From positions 53,072,001 to 53,136,000 of the forward strand of contig NC_135879.1 in NCBI RefSeq assembly GCF_964194155.1: a stretch of DNA of 64,000 nucleotides. Direction: 5' to 3'. This document shows, in pieces, positions 50,953-62,919 of this stretch. Positions within the stretch are counted from its first letter, which is position 1; every line of letters starts with the position of its first letter. The position numbers and the translations under genes are program-made. This DNA is from Cetorhinus maximus (taxonomy: Eukaryota). A model generated the notes under the pieces. It was not told the DNA's origin. It saw only the letters and a list, made by a program, of their open reading frames with translations, and ran no database searches.

Positions 50953-51729
50953 TTGTTAGTAAGAAATGAAATTAAATCGATAGCAAGAAATGACGCAGGG
51001 TCAGATGATGTAGAATCTGTGTGGGTAGAGTTGAGGAACCGCAAAGGTAAAAAAACCGTAATGGGAGTTATGTACATGCCTCCGAACAGTAGTCAGGATG
51101 TGGGGCACAAGGTACGCCAGGAGATAGAAAAGGTGTGTAAGAAAGGCAAGGTTATAGTGATCATGGGGGATTTCAATATGCAGGTAGACTGGGAAAATCA
51201 GGTTGGTAGTGGATCCCAAGAAAAGGAATTTGTGGAATGTCTACGAGATGGCTTTTTGGAGCAGCTTGTGGTGGAGCCCACTAGGGAACAGGCAATTCTA
51301 GATTTAGTGATGTGTAATGAGGCAGATTTGATAAGGGAGCTTAAGGTGAAGGAATCCTTAGGAGGAAGTGACCATAATATGATAGAATTTACCCTGCAAT
51401 TTGAGGGGAAAAAGCTGGAATCAGATGTAACGGTATTACAGTTGAATAAAGGCAACTACAGAGGCATGAGGGAGGAGCTGGCCAGAATTGACTGGGAGAT
51501 GAGCCTAGCAGGAAAGACAGTGGAACAGCAATGGCAGAAGTTTCTGGGAGTAATTTGGGAGACACAGCAAAAATTCATCCCTAGGAAGAAGAAGCATACT
51601 AAAGGGAGGACGAGGCAACCATGGCTGACAAGGGAAGTCAGGGACAGCATAAAAGCTAAAGAGAAAGCATACAATGCGGCGAAGAGCAGGGGATTGGGAA
51701 GCCTACAAAGACCAACAGAGGACAACTAA
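50953..51729 (+). pseudogene. CR1 ORF2 apurinic-like endonuclease domain (disrupted)
   Basis: 258-aa ORF with ESVWVEL, GVMYMPP, IMGDFN, AILDLVMCN and GGSDHNMIEF motifs. Confidence 0.9.
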
Positions 51730-51881
51730 AAAAGAATTTAGGAGGGAGAAGATTAAATATGAGGGTAAACTAGCCAGTAATATAAAAGAAGATTGCAAGA
51801 GTTTTTTTAGATATAGAAAAGGATAAGAGAGAGGCAAAAGTGGACATTGGGCCGCTGTAAAATGACACTGGAGAAGTAGTA

Positions 51882-53555
51882 GTGGGGAACAAAGAAATGG
51901 CGGAGGAACTGAATAGGTACTTTGCGTCAGTCTTCACAGTGGAAGACACGAGTGACATCCCCAAAGTTCAAGAGAGTCGGGGGGCAGAGGTGAGTATGGT
52001 GGCCATTACCAAGGAGAAGGTGCTAGGAAAACTGAAAGGTCTGAAGATGGATAAATCACCTGGACCAGATGGATTACATCCCAGAGTTCTGAAGGAGATA
52101 GCTGAAGAGATAGTGGAGGAGTTAGTGGTGATCTTTCAGGAATCACTCGAGTCAGGGAGGGTCCCAGAGGACTGGAAAATCGCTAATGTAACCCCCCTGT
52201 TTAAGAAGGGAATGAGGCAAAAGACGGGAAATCATAGGCCGATTAGCGTGACCTCGGTCGTTGGTAAGATTTTAGAGTCCATTATTAAGGATGAGATTTC
52301 AGAACACTTGGAAGTGCATGGTAAAATCGGGCAAAGTCAGCATGGTTTCATCAAGGGGAGGTCATGTCTGACAAATCCGTTAGAATTCTTTGAGGAGGTA
52401 ACGAGTAGGTTAGACAAAGGAGAGCCAATGGATGTTATTTACTTGGACTTCCAAAAGGCCTTTGACAGGGTGCCGCACAGGAGGCTGCTCAGTAAGGTAA
52501 GAGCCCATGGTGTTAGAGGCAAGGTACTAGCATGGATAGAAGATTGGCTGTCTGGCAGGAGGCAGAGAGTGGGGATAAGGGGGTCCTTCTCAGGATGGCG
52601 GCCAGTGACTAGTGGAGTTCCTCAGGGGTCAGTGTTGGGACCACAACTTTTCACTTTATACATTAATGATCTAGATGAAGGAACTGAGGGCATTCTGGCT
52701 AAGTTTGCAGATGATACAAAGATATGTGGAGGGACAGGTAGTATTGAGGAGGCGGGGAGGCTGCAGAAGGATTTGGACAGGTTAGGAGAATGGGCAAAGA
52801 AGTGGCAGATGGAATACAACGTGGGGAAGTGTGAGGTCATGCACTTTGGTAGGAAGAATAGAGGCATAGACTATTTTCTAAATGGGGAGAGAATTCAGAA
52901 ATCTGGAGTGCAAAGGGACTTGGGAGTCCTAGTCCAGGATTCTCTTAAGGTTAACTTGCAGGTTGACGCGGTAGTTAGGAAGGCAAATGCAATGTTGGCA
53001 TTTATTTCGAGAGGACTAGAATATAAAAGCAGGGATGTGCTGCTGAGGCTTTATAAGGCTCTGGTCAGACCACATTTAGAATATTGTGAGCAACTTTGGG
53101 CCCCGTATCTCAGGAAGGATGTGCTGGCCCTGGAGAGGGTCCAGTGGAGGTTCACGAGAATGATCCCAGGAATGAAAGGCTTAACATATGAGGAACGTTT
53201 GAGGACTCTGGGTCTATACTCGATGGAGTTTAGATGGATGAGGGGAGATCTGATTGAAACTTACAGAATACTGAAAGGCCTGGATAGAATGGACGTGGGG
53301 AAGATGTTTCCATTAGTAGGAGAGACTAAGACCCGAGGGCACAGCCTCAGAGTAAAGGGAAGACCTTTTAGAACAGAGATGAGGAGAAACTTCTTTAGCC
53401 AGAGAGTGGTGAATCTATGGAATTCATTGCCACAGAAGGCTGTGGAGGCCAGGTCATTGAGTGTATTTAAGACCGAGATAGATAGGTTCTTGATTGGTAA
53501 GGTTATGGGGAGAAGGTGGGAGAATGGGTTTGAGAAACTTATCAGCCATGAATGA
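51882..53555 (+). CDS. CR1 ORF2 reverse transcriptase domain and C-terminus (557 aa open, detached from EN)
   Basis: KSPGPDGLHP, QHGF, YLDFQKAFD, GVPQGSVLGP, KFADDTK, DLGV, LVRPHLEYC and FFSQRVVNLWNSLP motifs are all present in one frame. Confidence 0.9.
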   Translation: MGNKEMAEELNRYFASVFTVEDTSDIPKVQESRGAEVSMVAITKEKVLGKLKGLKMDKSPGPDGLHPRVLKEIAEEIVEELVVIFQESLESGRVPEDWKIANVTPLFKKGMRQKTGNHRPISVTSVVGKILESIIKDEISEHLEVHGKIGQSQHGFIKGRSCLTNPLEFFEEVTSRLDKGEPMDVIYLDFQKAFDRVPHRRLLSKVRAHGVRGKVLAWIEDWLSGRRQRVGIRGSFSGWRPVTSGVPQGSVLGPQLFTLYINDLDEGTEGILAKFADDTKICGGTGSIEEAGRLQKDLDRLGEWAKKWQMEYNVGKCEVMHFGRKNRGIDYFLNGERIQKSGVQRDLGVLVQDSLKVNLQVDAVVRKANAMLAFISRGLEYKSRDVLLRLYKALVRPHLEYCEQLWAPYLRKDVLALERVQWRFTRMIPGMKGLTYEERLRTLGLYSMEFRWMRGDLIETYRILKGLDRMDVGKMFPLVGETKTRGHSLRVKGRPFRTEMRRNFFSQRVVNLWNSLPQKAVEARSLSVFKTEIDRFLIGKVMGRRWENGFEKLISHE

Positions 53556-53617
53556 ATGGCGGAGCAGACTCGATGGGCCGAATGGCCTAATTTCTGCTCC
53601 TATGTCTTATGGTCTTA

Positions 53618-55034
53618 TAAGGGGGGGAAAGGGATAAACCAGGGAACCACAGGCCAGTCAGTCTAACCTCAGTGGTGGGGAAACCATTGGAAGCAATTCT
53701 AAGGAACAGAATTAATCTACACTTGGAGAGGCAAGGATTCATCAAGGACAGAAAACATGGTTTTGTTAAGGGGAGGTCATGTCTGACCAATTTAATTGAA
53801 TTTTTCGAAGAGGTGACCAGGCGTGTAGATGAAGGCAATGCATTTGACATAGTCTGCCTGGACTTCAGCAAGGCTTTTGATAAGATCCTGCATGGGAGAC
53901 TGATAACGAAGGGAAGAGCCCATGGGATCCGAGGCACTTTGGCAAACTGGATCCAGAATTGGCTGAGTGGCAGGAAGCAGAGGGTGATGGTCGAGGGTTG
54001 TTTTTATGACTGGATGCCTGTGTCCAGTGGGGTTCCACAGGTATCGGTGTTGGGTCCCTTGCTGTTTGTGGTATATATAATCGATTTAGACTTGAATGTA
54101 GGAGGGTTGATCAGTAAATTCGCGGATGACACGAAAATTGGTGGGGTGGTAAATAGTGAGAAGGTTAGCCTTAGATTACAGGAGGATATAGACGGGTTGG
54201 TCATATGGGCTGATCAGTGGCAAATGGAATTTGATCCGGATAAGTGTGAGGTGATGCACTTGGGCAGGACAAACAAGGCACGGGAATACACGATGAATGG
54301 TAGAACCCTGGGAAGTACCGAGGATTAGAGGGACCTTGGTGTGCATGCCCACCGGTCTCTTAAGGTAGTGGGACAGGTAGATAAGGTGGTTAAGAAGGCA
54401 TATGGAATACTTGCCTTTATTAGCCGAGGCATAGAATATAAGAGCAGGGAGGTTATGCTGGAACTGTATAAAACGCTGGTTAGGCCACAGCTAGAATATT
54501 GCGTGCAGTTCTGGAATCCGCATTATCGGAAGGATGTGATTGCACTAGAGAGAGTGCAGACGAGATTTACCAGGATGTTGCCTGGGCTGGAGAGTTTTAG
54601 TTATGAGAAGAGATTGGATAGACTGGGGTTATTTTCCCTGGTGTAGAAGAGATTGAGTGGGGACATGATTGAGGTGTATAAAATTATGAGGGGCATAGAT
54701 AGGATGGTCAGGAAGGAACTTTTCCCCTTGGTGGAGGGATCAATAACCAGGGGGCATAGATTTACGGTAGGGGGCAGGAGGTTTAGAGGGGATGTGAGGA
54801 AGAATTTTTTCACCCAGAAGGTGGTGGGAATCTGGAACTCACTGCCTGAAAGGGTGGTAGAGGCAGAAATCCTCATAACATTTAAGAAGTATTTGGATGT
54901 GCACTTGCGATGCCATGGCATACAAGGCTATGGGCCTAGTGCTGGAAAATGGGATTAAAATAGTTAGGTACTTGCTTGACCAGTGTAGACTTGATGGGTC
55001 AAAAGGCCTTTTTCTGTGCCCTAGACCTCTATGC
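53618..55034 (+). mobile_element. Young 5'-truncated CR1 (subfamily C of stack)
   Basis: ORFs 53672-54328, 54341-54646 and 54653-54958 lie in one frame with two stops; KFADDTK; tail ctagacctctatg. Confidence 0.95.
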
Positions 55035-56930
55035 ATCAACTATCACTAGCCACTACTTTTAAGACTCTAGGATGAAGTCCATCAGAACCCAGACACTTGT
55101 CAGCCCACAGCTCCAACAATTTACCCAGGACCACTTCTCTGGTGATTGTAATTTTCCTGAGTTTCTCCCTCCCTTCCATTTCCTGATCTCTAGCTGCTTC
55201 TGGGATGTTACTTGTATCCTCTATAACGAAAGCTGATGCAAAATAGCTGTTTGATTAATTTGCCATCTCCTTGCCTTCCATTATCAATTTTCCAGACTCA
55301 CTTTCTAAAGGACCAACGCCCACTTTGTTAACTAGTTTCTTTTTTTTGCATATTTATAGAAACTCTTACTATCTGTTTTTACATTTCTGGCTAGCTTTCT
55401 CTCATACTTTAAATTTTTCCCTCATTATTAATCTGTTAGACATCCTTCGCTGTTCCTTACATTCTGTCCAATCTTCTGAATTTCCACCTGTCTGTGCACA
55501 AATATATACTTTTTCTTTAAGTTTGATACTATCTTTAATCTTTCTAGTTAACCACAGATGGTGTGTCTGCCCCTTGGGTTTTTTCGTACTCGTTGGAATG
55601 TATCTATTGTGTATTCTGAAACATCCCCTTTGCCACTGTATCTCTATTGACCTACCCCTTAACCTAATTTGCCAATTCACTTTAGCCAGCTGTGCTTTCA
55701 TGCCCTCATAATTGCCCTTATTTAAGTTTTAAAACATAGTACCAGACCCACTCCTCTCTCCCTCAAACAGAATGTAAAATTCAATGATATTATGGTCGCT
55801 GCTACCTAGGGGCGCCTTCACTATGAAATCACTAATCCCATCTCAGCACACAATACCAGGTCTAGTATAGCCTGCTCTCTGGTTGGCTCGAGAACATGCT
55901 GCTCCAAGAAACTATCCTGAAAACATTCTATGAACTCATCTAGGTTACCTTTGCCCATCTGACTTTTCCAGTCTATAAGTAGATTAAAATCTCCCATGAT
56001 TATCATCATACCTTTCTGACAATCTCGCATTATTTCTTCCTTTTCTGCTCCATCCTACCATGTGGTTACTCCTAGGGGGCCTGTACATAATTCTCGCAAG
56101 TGACTTCGTGCTTTTAGCATTTCCCATCTCCACCCAAATCATTTCTACATCCTGGTTTCCTGAACTTAGGTCACCACTCTCCAACAGTCATCCTCCCACC
56201 TTTTTCTCACTTTGTCCTTCCTAAATGTCCTATATCCTTTACTATTCAGGTCCCAATCCACATCCTCCTGCAGCCATGTTTCTGTAATCGCTATCAAGTC
56301 CAACTTATTTATTTCTATGTGCACTCTGAGTTCATCAGTTTTGTTTCAAATGCTTCATGCTTTCAGGTACAGGGCCTTTAATTTTATCCTTTTCTTTTTA
56401 AAAACCTCTAGTCTCATATGTTAATTTACTGTGCGATTTGTATTCTCTATCCCTTCTTGTCAGTCTGTTTTTCATGTCCCATAATAATACCTCTCTCTTT
56501 TGCTGGTCTCTACTCTTCAATTTACCACATCTTCCTAAACTTAATCCCTTGCCCCCACTTACTTTAAAACCCTCTTCACTTTCCTAGTTATGCGACTCAC
56601 AAAAACACCGTCCCAACACTGTTCAGGTGTAGACCAAGCCAATGGTGCAGATCCCAATTTCCCCAGTACTGGTGCCAGTGCCCCACGAACCAGAACCCAC
56701 TTTTCCCACACCAGTCTTTGTGAGCCACACATTCATCTCCCTAATCTGATTTGTCCTATAGCAATTAGCATGTGGCTCAGGTAATTTTTATATTTTTTAA
56801 ATTCATTCTTGGGATGTGGGTGTCGCTGGCTGGGCCAACATTTATTGCCCATCCCTAGTTGCCCTTGAGAAGGTGGTGGGAGTTGCTTTATGAGATTACG
56901 ACCTTTGAGGCTCTGCTTCTTCTAATGCTA
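55035..56930 (-). mobile_element. CR1 fragment (EN and pre-RT), with family B tail inserted at ~56785-56890
   Basis: ORFs 55821-56184 IMGDFNLLIDW, EPTREQAILDLVL and YRPP; 55035-55800 parallels 47420-48180. Confidence 0.88.
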
Positions 56931-57179
56931 AGGATGTCTAAAATAGCAAAGGTGGAAACTGTTCAGCCTTTTCTCCTGCTTAGCATATATTGTCCAGGTC
57001 TATCCACTGTATGTGTGCACGGAGGATTCAGGCTTGGTAGACTCGCAGTTTGGTGTTCTCAGTCAGGTTGGTGTTGATCCATGCTCTCAGTCAGTTTGGA
57101 CATAACAGCTGCAGCTTTTGCAATGTGTATCTTGATTTCAGCATCAAGTGATAGATTGCTGGTGATTGTGGAGCCCGGA

Positions 57180-58282
57180 TACGTTGATCTAGTAATCTAG
57201 AGACCAGACTAATGGTCCGGAGACTAAGTTCAAATCCTACCTTGGCAGTTGAGAAATTTAAATTCAGTGAATTAAATAAAATCTGGAATGGAAAGCTAGT
57301 ATTGGCAATGGTAACCATGAAGCTACTGGATTGGCATAAAAACCCATCTGCTACAATAATGTCCTTTAGAGAAATATATCTGTTGTCGTTCCTGGTCTAA
57401 CCTACTTTTCACACCAGTCACACAGCAATGTGGTTGATTAGGATATTGTAATATAGAGTAAAATTTCAAAATTTGCCAATGATACCAAACTTACCACAAG
57501 GATGATACCAATCGACTGCAACAAGGCGCAGGTAATAAAATAGAATGGGCAGAAAAGTGGCAAGTGGAAATTAATACAAAGTGTGAGGTGATGATGTATT
57601 TTGGCAGAAGTGATGGGTGAGGCAATACATAGTGAAATGGCACAGTTCTAAAGAATGTGCAGGGATAGAGTGAGCTGGGGTTCTTGTTCATAAATCTTTG
57701 AAGGTGGGAGGATATGTTGAGCGTGTAGTTAGAAAAGCAAATGGAATCTGGGGCATCATGCAGAGGTATCAAGTACAAAAGAATGGAAATTGTGCTGAAC
57801 CTCTTATAAAGGTCATTAGGCCACATCTGTGCTCAGTACTGTGAGTACTGTGCTCAGTTCTGGTCACCACACTTTAGGAAGGATGTGAAGGTCCTGGAGA
57901 GCGAGCGCGTAAAAGGAAACTTCCAGGGGTGAGAGGCTTTAGCTACAAGGTTAGGTTGGAGAAGCTGGAGTTATTCTCGGAGCAAAGAAGAAATTTGAAA
58001 GCCAGAGAGAAATAAACTTGCAGGGCTACAGGGAATACTTGGGAGGGGGAGAAATCAGACTAACTGGATTTTTCTACAGAGTTGGCAAGGGCTTGATGAG
58101 TCGAACAGCCTTCAGCTTGATAGGCTGAATAGCCTCCTTCTGTGCCGTTAAGACTCAACTTAAATGCCCTCTGAAGCAGTCTAGCAAACCACAAAGTTGC
58201 ATTCAAGAAGACAGCTCACCCATCTCCTTATCAAGGCATTTGGGATGGGCAATAAACATTGTCCTTTCCAGCACACCCACAG
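57180..58282 (+). mobile_element. tRNA-SINE (33635 family) split by a CR1 3' fragment at ~57438-58155
   Basis: B-box agttcaaatcc (~57227); body to cagcaatgtggttga; resumes at cttaaatgccctctgaag and ends in the family B tail gggatgggcaataaa...ccatgaaagaat. Confidence 0.75.
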
Positions 58283-58284
58283 TC

Positions 58285-61080
58285 CATGAAAGAATGGAAA
58301 AACATTTCCCGTGTCTTTAAGTCTTTTTTAATCTCTCATTCCAACATAAAGTCTGACATGTTAATCTCCCTGTTCAATCCAAGGCCAAGTAATTGATTAA
58401 TATTTCTGCTATTTAGCTGTCATTACCTGTCAGTTTATCTATGTTCCTCCCTTAATGACCTTACTTCTATCCTGATATTTGTGTTATTTGGTATGTCTAT
58501 AAAAATACCAATTCTTTTATATTCCTTGATAATTAAAATTCCATTATTTCTCTTTGCCTTCCTTTTTTTTTCTTTCTATAATATTCCCTTTTATCATTCC
58601 CTGCTTTATCTATATATACTTGGTGTATGCCTTTATTCAGATTCAACTTTGTCCTTATTTTATTTATCCATAGTATGTCATTACTGGTTACTTTGCTTTT
58701 ACGTTTCAATGGGATGGGTTTATCTTGAATTTTACTAATACACTATTTTAAGTGCTTCCCATTGCTCTTTTATTTATGTTTGTCAGTAATTTTTCCAATT
58801 TATTTCCTTAAGCTTCATTCCCATGCCCTTAAAAATCAGCTTTCATTCAATTTATTACTTTGGTCTTTGCCTCATGTTCTTCTCAATTTTTAATTTTAAA
58901 AACTCATTATAGTCTGATGGTATTGCCTACATGTTCCCTTATGCTCAATTTTCTGTTCTGGTTCATTTCCATTACTAGATCCAGCAATGCTTTCTCTCTT
59001 GCTGAACTTTTCATATACTGGATAAGAGTGCACACATTGTTTTTTTTAAATTCTTTCACAGGATGTGCGCAGTGCTGGCTAGGCCAGCATTTATAGCCCA
59101 TCCCCAATTGCCCTCAAGAAGATGGTGATGAGCTGCTGTCGATGTGATGTAGGTTCACCCACAGTGCTGTTAGGGACGGATTTCCAGGATTTTAACCTAT
59201 GACAGTGAAGGAACAGCGATATATTTCCAAGTCAGGGTGGTGAGTGACTTGGAGGGGAACTTCCAGATGGTGGTGCTCCCATGTGTCTGCTGCCCTTGTC
59301 CTTCTAGATGGTAGTGGTCGCAGGTTTGAAAGGTGCTGTCTAAGGAGCCTTGGCAAGTTGCTGCAGTGCATCTTGTGGATGGTACATACTGCTGGCACTC
59401 TGCATTGGTGATGGAGGGAGTGAACGTTTGTGGAAGAGGTGCCAATCAAGCGGGCTGCTTTGTCCTGGATGGTGTTAAGCTCCTTGACTGTTGTTGGAGC
59501 TGCACTCATCCAGGCAAGTGGAGGGCATTCCATCACACTCCTGACTTGTGCCTTGTAGATGGTGGACAGGTTTTGGGGAGTCAGGAGGTGAGTTACTTGC
59601 CACAGGATTCCTAGCCTCTGACCTGCCCTTGTAGCCACGGTATTTATATGGCTAGTCCAGTTCAGTTCAGCTTCTGGTCGATGGTAAGCTCCGGGATGTT
59701 AGTAGTGGCGGATTCAGTATTGATGATGCCATTGAATGTCATGGGGCGATGGTTGGATTCTCTCTTGTTGGAGATGGTCATGGCTGGCACTTATGCTATT
59801 TATGTTACTTGCCACTTGTCAGCCCAAGGCTGGATATTGTCCAAGTCTTCCTGCATTTGGACCTGGACTGCCTTATTGTAAAAGCTCCATTCCTGTCCCG
59901 CTTTAGCTACCACTTCTTGTCGGTTTATTTGAGGATAGTTAGAATCTCCCATGATTATTATTCTGCATCTTTTAGTCATTTCAAATACTTGCTTAAAAAT
60001 CTCTTCCTCCATCTCCTTTCCACTATTAGGTGGTCTAGATTATGCTTGTATTAGTGAGCAATTCCTTCTCATCTTTTATTTCAATCCATATGTATTCTGT
60101 TTCTATCCTTCTGTTAATTATGTCCCTTTTCATTGTCATTGTCGTCTCCAATTCATACAGTGATCCTATATCCCTGCTGTCCTTCGGCTTTCTATTATCT
60201 TGTAGCTGCAATATTTAGTTAACCAGAATTATTCTTTACATGGCCATGTCTCAGTTATTCCTCTGCATCTGGTTCCTTTCTATAAATTATGGACTCCAGT
60301 TCTCCCACTTTATTTTGGATGCTAATATGGCAGTTGGCACATAGGTTGAGTAGAAATCCAGAAATTATCACCCAAGCTCTTGTTTTAAAATTTAGTTCCT
60401 AACTTTGGATTTTCCAGTGACAGGTTCTCCTCTCTTTTCTTCCTTACGTCATTGGTCCCAACGTGGGCTATGACAACTGGATCTAGCCCCTCCCTTTGCA
60501 AGTTCCTCTCCAGTTGCTCAATGATATTCTTTCCCTTTGCATCAAGTACATGACATATGCTTTTGGGTTCTCTGTCATGACTGCTAAGCAACTATCCCCC
60601 GATTAGAGAAGTTGTAGTCATAATGGATTTGATATTCGGCTCTTCGGAAACATCCTCCGCCCCACACAACCAACTCCCCGATCCACCTCCTGCTCCACAG
60701 CGTCAAATTAGCATTCTGGCTTCCCCCCGCCACCGCCTGCATCCTTATCCTCATGGGCAGCAAGAATATTGCACCTGTTGAATAGAACCAATATCTGTGG
60801 GAAGTCCTTCTCTTATCATGCCTTAGTTCCCCTTATCCTGCCAACATTCACACTCTCTCCTTCCTGCAACTGTGCTTTGCTCTGTGGCATTAGTCCACTC
60901 TGGAGAAAACTGTCCCAAAATTCTTCCATCTCCCTGTGTCAGAGTGCCTCTAACTCAAACTCCAGCTCAAATGCTCTGAGCTGAAGGGTCAAGCCAGGGA
61001 CATGTACAGAAGATGGATTTGCTCTATACAGTGGTGCTGCCCATAAACTCCCTTACTGTTCTGGCACATACCTGTAAATT
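58285..61080 (-). mobile_element. Old CR1 5' half including ORF1 with SGNH esterase domain; interrupted by family B LINE
   Basis: ORF 60385-60591 LERNLQREGLDPVVIAHVGTND (esterase block III); ORF 59800-60012 IIIMGDSNYP and 58907-59107 REKALLDLV (EN). Confidence 0.75.
59041..59875 (-). mobile_element. LINE family B 3' part (best-preserved copy)
   Basis: ORF 59192-59638 AGQRLGILWQVTHLLTPQNLSTIYKAQVRSVME...WMSAAPTT; QEDLDNIQPWADKWQVT. Confidence 0.92.
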
Positions 61081-61327
61081 AAACTGCCAATTCTGATTTT
61101 CATTTATTAGTATTCATTTAGTTTGAGATATAATCTAGATTCCAAGTAATTGTATATTTAGATATATATCAATTTATCTGTAACTAATTAACTTTTGTTT
61201 TAACTTTATTATTTCCTTAACATCTATTTATAGATGTATGTCAGATCTAAACTTAATAAAATTCAGAACACTTTAATGTTAGCATTCTTAATTTTAAATT
61301 TTATCTTGCTAAATCTGATTAGTTAAT

Positions 61328-61725
61328 ATCAGCTATGACTAAGTCAATAATACTCTTGCCTCTAAGCCACAAGGTTCTGAGTTGAATACCACTCCAGGGC
61401 TTGAGAACAAAAATCAAGGCTGACACTCCAGTGTAGTATTGAGGGAGTACTGCGCTGTTGGAGGTGCTATTTTCCATTAAACAAATTCCCCCTTTGTCTG
61501 TTCAGGTGGCTGTAAGAGATCCCATGGTACTATTTTGAAGATGACCATGGGAGTTAACCTGGGTGTCCTGGCCAATATTTATCCCTCCATCAACATCACA
61601 GAAACAGATCATCTGGTCATTATTGTAACAGTGACTATGTTTCAGAAAAGTATTTAATAGGCTTTAAAGCATTTTGAGGCGTCTGGTGGTCAGAAGAGCA
61701 GTACATAAATGATTCTTCCTTTCTT
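61328..61725 (+). mobile_element. Deu-domain SINE (SacSINE1/AmnSINE-related)
   Basis: tRNA-like head; Deu core gctgttggaggtgc...caggtggctgtaagagatcccatggtactattttgaag...gtgtcctggccaatatttatccc; L2-like tail taaagcattttgagg...tacataaatg. Confidence 0.82.
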
Positions 61726-61849
61726 ATTAAAAGTTTAGGAGAATGGTAGTTTAGTCGTATACTCAAACATCCTTAAATCTGTATGTTTTGCAAAGTTTCA
61801 TAAATTTCTAGTTTAATGTACTGGATTCAGAGTTTATGGCACAGTAATA

Positions 61850-62460
61850 TTGGTTTATCTCTAGTTACCTTGAGGCAATGGCAGGTGTCTCACTTGAACT
61901 GCTGCTATTTTTGCTAATGGTGCCAATAAGATGCCAGGGAAGAATTTTTGGATTTTGACCTGGTAGCATTGAAGGAATAGTAAATATACCTCCAAGTCCA
62001 ATATCCCAACTGGGTCAACTTTTCAATGAAGATCAAAGGATTTTTGGGGGGTAATGGTATCAAAGAATATAAAACAGCGATGAGCAAATTGGGTGAAGAT
62101 ACAGATCAGCCATGATCTAACTCAATGGCTGAAAAGACAAGGAGTTGAATGGCCAACTCCTATTCTTATGTACCCTAGTAAAGTTTTAATTGGGAACTTG
62201 GGGTGGGAATGGTGCTCCCATGATAATAATGCTGCTCTTGTCAAATGAAATAAGTCAAAGAAGGGAGGGGCTGTTGAAGTAAGCTTGGTGATTTGCTACA
62301 GTGCATCTTTTAGAGAGTACATACTGTAGCTGCAGTGCAACAGTGATAAGGGAGGTGGATTTTAAGTTTGGTGGTAAGAATTCTGACCAAACAAACAGCT
62401 CTGTCCTGGATGGTGTCAAGCTTGTGTGTTGGTGCAATAGAATACCCTGCATTCGCCTGG
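61850..62460 (-). mobile_element. Decayed family B 3' end with nested plus-strand CR1 tail (~62030-62172)
   Basis: ORF 62310-62513 IAPTHKLDTIQDRAV. Confidence 0.65.
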
Positions 62461-62919
62461 GGGGATTCAAACTGTCCTGAATTGAAGATGATGGAAGGGC
62501 CAGGATATGACAATATCCAGCTGCTGCCAGTTATTTAGGGTGACAGCCTTTTCATTAAGAAATGTTATGACAACACCCAGAGTGCACTCTCACTCTTCCA
62601 GAGTAGAGTTGGGGTAATCTCTGAGACCTGGTTCTGCTTGAAGAAAATCTGTTAGTTCCAGAGTTAAAAGGAGGTAGTTGAGTTGTTTAAAGAGGAAACT
62701 GTTAAAGTGATACAAACACTATATCTATCTGGCTATTCTATTCATTATAGAGATTCCATGCTACATGCATGCACCAGAGCAACTGGGATGATGTAAAGAC
62801 AGTCAATTCTGAAGTATACAATCTTCTCTCCTTGCTCTTTTTTGGCCCTTTTGATTTTTTTTTTCAGGTCTTACTGAATTTCTAGTGCTAATATATGAGC
62901 TTGATCCCTTTCTCTTTAA

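Larger units (their letters stand above)
50588..53617 (+). mobile_element. Young CR1 with near-complete ORF2 (subfamily B of stack)
   Basis: APE endonuclease (YLNARSIRNK, MGDFN, ILDLV, GSDHN) followed by RT; in-frame stop at 50860 and frameshifts near 51690-51860; tail ctcctatgtcttatggtcttat. Confidence 0.95.

Noticed and set aside
49699-55043. catgaactat (49699) versus catcaactat (55034) as a TSD for the CR1 stack
   Set aside because: There is one mismatch, the left copy is ~8 nt away from the junction, and the right copy is part of an older CR1; probably chance.
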